DNA of 64,000 nucleotides from IMG/VR virus record IMGVR_UViG_3300044608_000562; one strand, written 5' to 3'. Origin of the DNA: an uncultured virus (IMG/VR IMGVR_UViG_3300044608_000562) (Duplodnaviria > Heunggongvirae > Uroviricota > Caudoviricetes). The notes under the pieces are model-generated. The model saw only the letters and a list, made by a program, of their open reading frames with translations. It searched no databases and was not told the origin of the DNA. Position 1 is the stretch's first letter; each line of letters opens with the position of its first letter. This document shows, one piece after another, positions 29,735-37,417 of the stretch. The translations under genes were made by a program, and so were the position numbers.

Positions 29735-31228
29735 ATGGCACAGTCACTTCAGGGCATATCTGCGCTTGATCCGCGAGTTGCGGCGACCGATAAGTTCATC
29801 CAAGAGAAGCAGATTCCTCCCGATCAGGTTGAGGACTTCTTGCTTGGCATGGGGGCTGACCCGCGTCTGGCTTCTCTGGTATTCAAATACCGCAAAGTGA
29901 AAGAGGCGGCAGAAAAACAGCAGAATGAGAAACCCTCGACTAGCAACGTCGCTGATGAAGTTTCTAACCAATACGCTCAATTAAAGCAACAGGAGCGTAT
30001 GCGTCAAGGCGTGGCTGGTATGCCGACGCCGAATCTTGCACGTGCAGCGATGCGTGGTGGTATTACAGGTGAACCTGCACCGCAGGCGCAAATGGCTGGT
30101 GGCGGCATCGTTGCGTTTGATGATGGTGGGTCTATACCGCGCAACCGCTCTCTAGTGCCATACAAAGCGCCGTTTTATAAGCGTGCGGCAGGTGCGGCCT
30201 TGGGGCTTGCTCGTAGACATCCGCTTGGCTTGGCAGCAAGTTTGCTCGGCCTTGGCGCTTTGGTTGGCGGAGACGAAGAGGAAGCCCAGCAGGCTCAAGA
30301 AGCAAGTGTTGAGCAGATTCCTGAAGGTCTCTCGGCAGAAGACTACCGTACGCTTGCTTCTATGAATATGGGTCAAGACCAAACCGGTGCTGGTGCTGCA
30401 AGACCTCTTTCTGCGCCGCCGAAATCTGCGGCAATAGACCTCTCGCCGTTAGAGAAACGACTGGCTGAAGCAAAGGCTAGGTTGCCCAAGGACGAGCAGG
30501 CAGCGATTGATGCTGAACTTGCCAGAGAGAAGCCGTACCTTGAGTCGCTGGCAGCGCGGCGTTCCAAGATTGAAGAGCAGGAAAAGAAAGGCACGACTTC
30601 AGCAGAAAAGAAGTTCTGGCTGGCGTTTGCACAGGCTGGGTTTGCGGCATCTGCCAAGGGTGCGCGTAACCTTTGGGAGACTTTGTCTATTGGCGGTGCC
30701 GAAGGCATGAAAGCCTATGAGGCAATCAAGGATAAAGAACAGCAACTTCTTGAGAGACTGCAGGACAAGAAGTTACAACTTGACGATCTGGAAGCACAAG
30801 TCAAACGTGGCGCGACCAAGTCTGGTATCGACCGGCTTGATAAACTTCGTTCTGAAGTTACATCGGCTCAGAGTGAACTTACCAAGACTCAAGTCGCTGT
30901 TGGTCTGGCTGACAGAACCGAAGCCGGTGCTAACTATCGCGCTAGACTTGCTCAGGAAGGTGCTGACCGTCGTGCTTCTACGGCGAGCAAAGCCCTCAGA
31001 CTTGATCAGGCAATCGACAACGCTATCCTAAAATCGACCGATCCGAACCTGACCGAACAACAACGGCAGGCTGCGGCGAAGTTGGCTAAAGAACTTATTG
31101 CTCAACGTGCGCGTAAAGAGGCGACGGAGTCTGGGGCGCAGTCGCAGGCAGCAAGACTTTCTATGCAGCGTGAGTTGTTAGGACTCGGTGGAGAAGGCGA
31201 CGGATTTGGCGGTCTTGCTGTAGAGTAA
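29735..31228 (+). CDS. Internal virion/ejection protein (putative)
   Basis: SD AGGAG; MAGGGIVAFDDGG; hydrophobic segment and coiled coils. Confidence 0.7.
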   Translation: MAQSLQGISALDPRVAATDKFIQEKQIPPDQVEDFLLGMGADPRLASLVFKYRKVKEAAEKQQNEKPSTSNVADEVSNQYAQLKQQERMRQGVAGMPTPNLARAAMRGGITGEPAPQAQMAGGGIVAFDDGGSIPRNRSLVPYKAPFYKRAAGAALGLARRHPLGLAASLLGLGALVGGDEEEAQQAQEASVEQIPEGLSAEDYRTLASMNMGQDQTGAGAARPLSAPPKSAAIDLSPLEKRLAEAKARLPKDEQAAIDAELAREKPYLESLAARRSKIEEQEKKGTTSAEKKFWLAFAQAGFAASAKGARNLWETLSIGGAEGMKAYEAIKDKEQQLLERLQDKKLQLDDLEAQVKRGATKSGIDRLDKLRSEVTSAQSELTKTQVAVGLADRTEAGANYRARLAQEGADRRASTASKALRLDQAIDNAILKSTDPNLTEQQRQAAAKLAKELIAQRARKEATESGAQSQAARLSMQRELLGLGGEGDGFGGLAVE

Positions 31229-31232
31229 TCTC

Positions 31233-34200
31233 ATGCCTCGCTACAAAGTCACAATGCCCGATGGGAAAACGTACTCCATCGAAGGGCCAGCGGGGGCTAG
31301 TAAAGAACAGGTGATCGCCGCCGTTCAGCGACGTATTGGTGCCGCTGAAGAAGAAACCACGCTAGGTGGCGAAGTAAAAGAAGCCTTCAAGGGCGTGATT
31401 CCCGGTGCTGCTGGGCTGCTTGAGACGGCGGCTACAGGTGCCGCTGCGTTACTGCCCGAAAAGGCAGAGATGGCTGTTCGTGGTAAAGCCGCTGAATTGG
31501 CTGGTGCTGCACGTGAAGCCTTCAAGGCTACTCCCGGTTACGAAGAATCTACGGGCCGTAAGTTCGGTGAGGCTCTCGGCTCGACCGCCCCGTTCTTTGC
31601 GCTTGGCCCACTTGGTGCGGCTGGACGGGCTGGTGCAGTTGGTCTTGGTGTCGGGGCTGGCGCAGGCGAGGCACGGCAACGTGCCGAGATGGAAGGTGGT
31701 GAAGAAGATAAAGGTCTCGCTACAGCGGCGGGTGCCGTTATCGGCGCAAGCGAAGCCATACCGGTATTCAACTTTGTAAAGCGTTTACCACGTGACGCAC
31801 AACTAACCATACTAGATCGCATCAAGCGAGGCTTTCAAGCAGCCGGTGAAGAAGGCGCACAGGAAGCGGCATCGCAGATCGCCCAGAACATTGTGGCTAA
31901 AGGTTTGTATAAGCCTAGCCAAGAACTGATTGAGAGTGCTGGCGAAGAAGGTGCTTACGGCGCAGGTGTCGGTGCCTTCATTCAGGTTCTTACAGACATG
32001 GCGCTGGGGCGTCGTGTTCGCGGTGTTCAGCCGCCTCAAAGTGCTGAAGAGAGATTGACTGAGGAAGAACCTCCTCCGACTGCTCCTCCCGGTACGCAGG
32101 CTTCTGTAAAGGAAGAAGTAGCCCGGCAAACTCGGGAAGAAGAAAAGATTAGGGCGGTTATTGACGAAGAGAAAGATGCAGCCGATGAAGAGGCGCGGCT
32201 TGAGCGCGAAGCCGTTCAAGCCTATGAACGTGAGCAAGAAGAACTTACAGCGAGACGCGGTTATGACGAGCAGACTCTGCGTGAAGCGGCAGAGGCTGAA
32301 GCACTTGCACCCGTAGAAGACGAGGGTGTGCCGTACACGCCGCCTGAGCGTAAGGAAGAAGTCGCTCCGGTGGAGGAGGAACCTACTGTTGAAGAGCCAA
32401 CGGTAGAAGCCCCAACTGTAGAAGAACCTGAATACACGATGCGGGATGCCGCCCTTGAGGTGTTCAAGGAGACGGGCAAGACCAACGTAGATACGTTACG
32501 TAATCGGTTGGCTATTCCGCTACAGGAAGCCAAAGAACTTAGGCAGTCTTTAATTGACGAGGGCGTACTTGTAAGGCGTGGCAACACCTATATATTGCAG
32601 GAAGTAGAGACGGCTCCGGCTGCTAAAGCAGAGGAGGTTAAAGATGCAGACATACGCGCCAGAGATATTGAAGAAGTTGACGTTGGAGCAGTTGGAGGAA
32701 GCGATGTACTGCCTCCATCACGACCTGTATCCGCAGGACAAGTTACTGCAGAGCCTGCAGTTGCCTCAATGGAACGAGTTGGCGAACCTGCTGCAGTTGC
32801 TCCTGCGGGAGCGGAGATCGTCGAACCTGCACTAGAAGATATTGACGTTGCCCAAGAAGAACTTGAGGCAGCACAGACTCCATCTCGCGCTACAAGCATA
32901 CGCACGGCTGCATTGGATTTCGTCCGTGCTACTGGCAAAGCAGACCCAATTAGTCTTCAACAGACACTTGGTATAGAACTTTCTGAAGCCAGAGCGTTAC
33001 GTGAGGCGCTGGTTGGCAGTGGCGCTATTGTTCCCGTACCGGGTAAGAAAAACCTGTACACGGTGTTTGAGGAACTCAAGACCACGCCAGTAACTCCAGC
33101 GCGTGAAGGCCGTATTGAAGGTGAGTCGCTTACCGCTGCCAGACCTGAAGTGCTTCAAGGTGCGCCACGGCCTGCTGTGCGTGAAGTATTGCCAGAGGTT
33201 TCTGAAGAAAAGCCCGGTGTTACGGCGGTCGGGAAACGTACACAAGTTAGTCCAGAGTTTCAGTCTACGTTAGACGATTTGCGTCAATTAGCCGCTGCAC
33301 CTGATATGGAAGGTAGGCAGTACGGGCTTGATCTTGTAGGCGGCGAAGCGCGTGGTGTTACACGCAAGAAACTAAGTCCTGCCGAAGTTAACAATGCTAA
33401 GACTTTGGGACTTACTAAAGAAGCCACGGCATACGCTGCCAATCCTGCCGGTGTTGCTGAGCGTAGAACGCTGATTGAGGCTACCAAAGCCAAGCACAAG
33501 GGGCTTGTAGAACGAGCAGTCGCTCTGCAGAAACAAGAGTCAGATAACCGTAAGATTGGTAAAGAAAAAATATTAAGCGACGGATTTTTCCGTAGCCTAT
33601 ACGGCACTCTGTCAGACCCACAAATAACTATGGGTCAACTTGTTGAGGCTGAGAACAGGTTAAAGAAAAGCGAAGCCAAGTACGGTGAAGTTGTCGCTCC
33701 GCAGGTGGCGGCTGAACAGGCTACGTTTGAGGAAGACACAGAATTCCGCGAAGCAATTAAGGCCCAAAAGGCCCGTGCCGAAGAACGTGAAGAAGCGGAG
33801 AAAGCCGCTCGTGAAGAACGCCGTCGTACTCGTAAGAGAGACATCGGGCTACGTTTTGAACGCGGTAAAGGCGCAGGCATGGACGCTGATCGCGTTTACG
33901 AAATTGCCACCAAGACCGCTGCCAACTGGAAGAACAAGCCGCGTATCTTCGTTGTGCAGTCTATTGATGAACTGCCAGAGACTTTGCGTGCCAGAACTCC
34001 AGATGACGTTAGCGGTTTCTACATCAACGGCGATGTGTTCCTGATCGCTGACAACGCTACCACAGAGGCTAACGTACGCGCCACGATGTTCCATGAGTCT
34101 TTAGGCCACTTCGGGCTTAAAAACTTGTTTGGTCGTCGTTTACGCGAAGTGATGTTAGACATCTATCGCACTAACCCTGCGATGCGTAAAGCCGCTGATG

Positions 34201-37200
34201 GGTATTTTAAGAGGTTTCCAGACGCGTATAAGTACATGAATGACGCTGATCGTCGTTCTATGGCTATTGAAGAAGTCCTTGCCGAGGCTTCTTCTAAGGG
34301 AGTAATCAAAGACGCAGGTATACGTGCGGCGTTCAATCGTGTTGCTGCCATGATCCGCAAGTTCATTCGCGGTATGGGCATACAAATCAACTACAGCAAC
34401 AACGATGTTCGTCAGATTCTTATTGAGGCGCACGATACGGTTACCACTCGTGAACGCGAGGCTAGACTTAGCCCGTCTGGCGAACCGATGTTTCAGCGCA
34501 GGCAGGCTAAAGAACGTCTTAGCAACGTCTTCGATGTAAACACTACCGCACCTCGTTACGACAACAAGATTGGCGACGGCGTACGCAGTTCGCTGGGCAA
34601 CGTGTACGACAATTTGCGTGACGGGGCCATCTCGTTCCTGTCAATACCGCAGATTGCCGAGGTGTGGGCTAAGGAACTTCCGTCTGTTGCTAAGTTAGAC
34701 ACGCTACTTGGTAATCGTGGCGCGACCGAAATGCGTCGGCGTGAGGAAGTTAGCACCAACGTAACCAAGTGGTTTGAACTGTCTAACAACTACAAAGACA
34801 AACCTGAGACGCTTGAAAGGTTCTTCAAGGTAGCGAACCTGACCACGGTTTATCAGGTTGACCCGCTTAAGGACTCGGTGCAGGCAGTCCTCAAGAAACC
34901 GAAGGACAAGATGACGCCCTTCGATAAAGTTTCTTATGACATTGTCAGAGAGTACAACAGTCTGCCTGCCGATCTCCGTAAAGCGTACAAAGACCTGCGC
35001 GAAGATTACGAGAACAAGTCGCAACAACTCTTCAAGTTGATGGAGCAGCGGCTTGGTAAGGATGTTGTAGACAAACTCAAAGCCAAGTATGACGCGAAGC
35101 GTTTGCAGGTGTACCTGCCGCTCTGGCGCGATGGCAATTATTGGTTGTCCTACACAGACAAGAACGGCGAGACGATTGTTGCCGCATACGCGAGTGATCT
35201 TGACCGTCAGCGTGGTGAGGACGCTGCCCGAGCAGAGGGCGGCAAAGAGTTTTCTACGTTCTCAAGACTGCGCGATGCCCGTCGCAGCGGCCCCCCGCCG
35301 ACTGGGTTCTTGGGCGATGTAGTCCGTGAGATGGAGAACAAAGGTGCGCCGCAGGACATGATTGATGCGGTGTATGAGACTTTCTTGAACTATCTCCCGG
35401 CAGAATCCATCCGGCAGATGTACCGTCCTCGTGAAGCCTCGTTTGATATAGCCACGGGCGTTGATCGTTACGGCGTGTTCGGCTTTGAGCCTGATGTGTT
35501 TCAGGCTTACTCCAACGTGGCTACCCGCATGGCGAACCAACTCACGAACCTTGAGTACGCCATCCCGCTTGAAGAGACGATGAATGAAATCTACAAGCAG
35601 GCAGGTGGTGAGCGAGTCAGAGACAGGACGCTTGGTGCCGTATACAGCAATCTGAAGAAGCAAGTTGACTTCATCCGCAACCCAGAAAAGAACTGGCTGG
35701 TGGACGGAGCAAGTTACTTTAGTTACCTGTGGTTCATAGCCGGTAACATTTCTTCGGCACTAATCAACACGACCCAGTTGCCTATGGTTGTGGCTCCGCT
35801 GCTGATGGGTAAGTACGGCGTGGCTAAGACTACCGCTGCCATGGACAAGGCCATGAGCACGTATTTCAACGGTGGTTGGGATACGAACAATGCTGGTAAA
35901 GGCGCTTTCCCGTCTGACTTCACGTTTGGCGAAGCCGCCAATTTAGACCGTAAGTACAAAAAGTTATACCAGACAGCCGTTGCTCGTTCAGTCATCCGTC
36001 GTTCAACCGGATACGAAATCACTGAAGCACAAAAGGCTGGCGTGAAAGACTACGTTGGCATCAAGGCACGTGTAACTCATGGCCTTGGCTGGCTGTTCCA
36101 AAACTCCGAGCGTTTCAACCGCGAAGTTACTTTGCTTGCTGCGTTTGACCTTGCTTACGAGAGAACTAAGAACGTAGACAAGGCTATCGAAGAAGCCTTG
36201 AAAGTAGTCAGTGACGCACACGGTTCTGCTCTTGCCGAGACTGGGCCGCGCTTGTTCCAGCAAGGGTTTGGTAAGGTGATGTTCACCTTCAAGCGGTTTG
36301 CTCAAGCGCAAATCTACTTGCTCAGCAGATTGTTCAAGCAAGCATTTGGCGATGCTGACGCTCAGACGCGGGAAGTTGCACGCAGCCAGTTGATAGGTAT
36401 TTTTGGTTCGTCTTTCCTCATTGCCGGTCTGCAAGGCATGCCGATGTATGGCGCAGTAGAGTTCTTAGCGAACCTGCTTATGGGCGACGATGACGAGCCG
36501 TACGACTTCAATGCTTACGTAAACGATAAGTTCGGTGAGACGGGTCGCAAGGGGCTGCTCAACCAGATGATCGGCGTGGACGTTGCATCTCGTACCGGCT
36601 TCAACGGGCTGATCTGGCGCGATGACCCGAGGCGCATGGCCGAAGTCGGGCCATTCTTGTACACGCTAGAGCAGGCGATGGGGCCAGCCTACGGCGCGTT
36701 CCTTAGCGCACAGCGTGGCGTAGAACTGTTTGGTGAAGGCGAGTACATGCGGTCTATTGAGGCTATCACTCCGTCCTTCATACGTAACGGCTTCAAAACT
36801 CTGCGTATGGCAGAAGAAGGCGTAAGAAACAAAGATGGTACGCCTGTCGTTGAAGACATCGGCGGCTACAACTTGATGATGCAAGCGGTTGGCTTCAATC
36901 CTGCCGAAGTTGCAGAAGCCCGTGAACGTGCCGGTGTTGATGCCAAGTTTGATTCCAAGTTAAAGAAGCGTCGTGCGGCTTTGATCGACCAGTACAACGC
37001 TGCGTGGCAGGAAAAGGATCGTCAGGGCATGCAGGAAGTTCTGGCTGACATAAAGAAGTTCAACCAGAAGAACCCGCGACAAGGGCTTATCATCACACCG
37101 GAAACGCTGATGAAGTCACTTAGCGGCAGACGTTCGCGTCAGTTGCAGTCAGTAGATGGCCTATACCTGCCATACGGTGTACGTAGTCGCGTGGAAGAAT

Positions 37201-37214
37201 TGGCTGGCAACTAG
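31233..37214 (+). CDS. Very large ejection/polyvalent-like protein with two wHTH repeats and HExxGH metallopeptidase-like motif
   Basis: 1993 aa; N-terminal EGPAGAS, G/A hydrophobic region, MFHESLGH near 34090; last gene of + arm. Confidence 0.8.
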   Translation: MPRYKVTMPDGKTYSIEGPAGASKEQVIAAVQRRIGAAEEETTLGGEVKEAFKGVIPGAAGLLETAATGAAALLPEKAEMAVRGKAAELAGAAREAFKATPGYEESTGRKFGEALGSTAPFFALGPLGAAGRAGAVGLGVGAGAGEARQRAEMEGGEEDKGLATAAGAVIGASEAIPVFNFVKRLPRDAQLTILDRIKRGFQAAGEEGAQEAASQIAQNIVAKGLYKPSQELIESAGEEGAYGAGVGAFIQVLTDMALGRRVRGVQPPQSAEERLTEEEPPPTAPPGTQASVKEEVARQTREEEKIRAVIDEEKDAADEEARLEREAVQAYEREQEELTARRGYDEQTLREAAEAEALAPVEDEGVPYTPPERKEEVAPVEEEPTVEEPTVEAPTVEEPEYTMRDAALEVFKETGKTNVDTLRNRLAIPLQEAKELRQSLIDEGVLVRRGNTYILQEVETAPAAKAEEVKDADIRARDIEEVDVGAVGGSDVLPPSRPVSAGQVTAEPAVASMERVGEPAAVAPAGAEIVEPALEDIDVAQEELEAAQTPSRATSIRTAALDFVRATGKADPISLQQTLGIELSEARALREALVGSGAIVPVPGKKNLYTVFEELKTTPVTPAREGRIEGESLTAARPEVLQGAPRPAVREVLPEVSEEKPGVTAVGKRTQVSPEFQSTLDDLRQLAAAPDMEGRQYGLDLVGGEARGVTRKKLSPAEVNNAKTLGLTKEATAYAANPAGVAERRTLIEATKAKHKGLVERAVALQKQESDNRKIGKEKILSDGFFRSLYGTLSDPQITMGQLVEAENRLKKSEAKYGEVVAPQVAAEQATFEEDTEFREAIKAQKARAEEREEAEKAAREERRRTRKRDIGLRFERGKGAGMDADRVYEIATKTAANWKNKPRIFVVQSIDELPETLRARTPDDVSGFYINGDVFLIADNATTEANVRATMFHESLGHFGLKNLFGRRLREVMLDIYRTNPAMRKAADGYFKRFPDAYKYMNDADRRSMAIEEVLAEASSKGVIKDAGIRAAFNRVAAMIRKFIRGMGIQINYSNNDVRQILIEAHDTVTTREREARLSPSGEPMFQRRQAKERLSNVFDVNTTAPRYDNKIGDGVRSSLGNVYDNLRDGAISFLSIPQIAEVWAKELPSVAKLDTLLGNRGATEMRRREEVSTNVTKWFELSNNYKDKPETLERFFKVANLTTVYQVDPLKDSVQAVLKKPKDKMTPFDKVSYDIVREYNSLPADLRKAYKDLREDYENKSQQLFKLMEQRLGKDVVDKLKAKYDAKRLQVYLPLWRDGNYWLSYTDKNGETIVAAYASDLDRQRGEDAARAEGGKEFSTFSRLRDARRSGPPPTGFLGDVVREMENKGAPQDMIDAVYETFLNYLPAESIRQMYRPREASFDIATGVDRYGVFGFEPDVFQAYSNVATRMANQLTNLEYAIPLEETMNEIYKQAGGERVRDRTLGAVYSNLKKQVDFIRNPEKNWLVDGASYFSYLWFIAGNISSALINTTQLPMVVAPLLMGKYGVAKTTAAMDKAMSTYFNGGWDTNNAGKGAFPSDFTFGEAANLDRKYKKLYQTAVARSVIRRSTGYEITEAQKAGVKDYVGIKARVTHGLGWLFQNSERFNREVTLLAAFDLAYERTKNVDKAIEEALKVVSDAHGSALAETGPRLFQQGFGKVMFTFKRFAQAQIYLLSRLFKQAFGDADAQTREVARSQLIGIFGSSFLIAGLQGMPMYGAVEFLANLLMGDDDEPYDFNAYVNDKFGETGRKGLLNQMIGVDVASRTGFNGLIWRDDPRRMAEVGPFLYTLEQAMGPAYGAFLSAQRGVELFGEGEYMRSIEAITPSFIRNGFKTLRMAEEGVRNKDGTPVVEDIGGYNLMMQAVGFNPAEVAEARERAGVDAKFDSKLKKRRAALIDQYNAAWQEKDRQGMQEVLADIKKFNQKNPRQGLIITPETLMKSLSGRRSRQLQSVDGLYLPYGVRSRVEELAGN
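32644..32835 (+). CDS. Candidate overprinted 63-aa protein in +1 frame
   Basis: GAGGAGG at 32631-32637, 6 nt before ATG; amphipathic Leu-rich product. Confidence 0.55.
   Translation: MQTYAPEILKKLTLEQLEEAMYCLHHDLYPQDKLLQSLQLPQWNELANLLQLLLRERRSSNLH
34935..34949. promoter_or_regulatory. Isolated variant palindrome TATGACATTGTCAGA
   Basis: One mismatch to the CTGACAnTGTCAG core; intragenic. Confidence 0.35.
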
Positions 37215-37417
37215 CCAATACGCCAGACCCTGACGCCAAGATGTCCGTCCTTGGACGAGGCATAAGCCTTCACCCTAACCTTGGCGATTTTGGCGCAGGT
37301 GTCTAACTTATACAGCATCTCTGCCGGTTTGACGGTAGGCACGAAGAAAGAATCCCCGACTTCCATACCGTCAAACGGAAAGACCCACTCAGGCTCCTGA
37401 AGCCTTGTCCCCGTCAT
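37211..37417 (-). CDS. Small hypothetical protein
   Basis: FPFDGMEVGDSFFVP...GVRVWR; overlaps primase end. Confidence 0.7.
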   Translation of the reverse strand: MTGTRLQEPEWVFPFDGMEVGDSFFVPTVKPAEMLYKLDTCAKIAKVRVKAYASSKDGHLGVRVWRIG

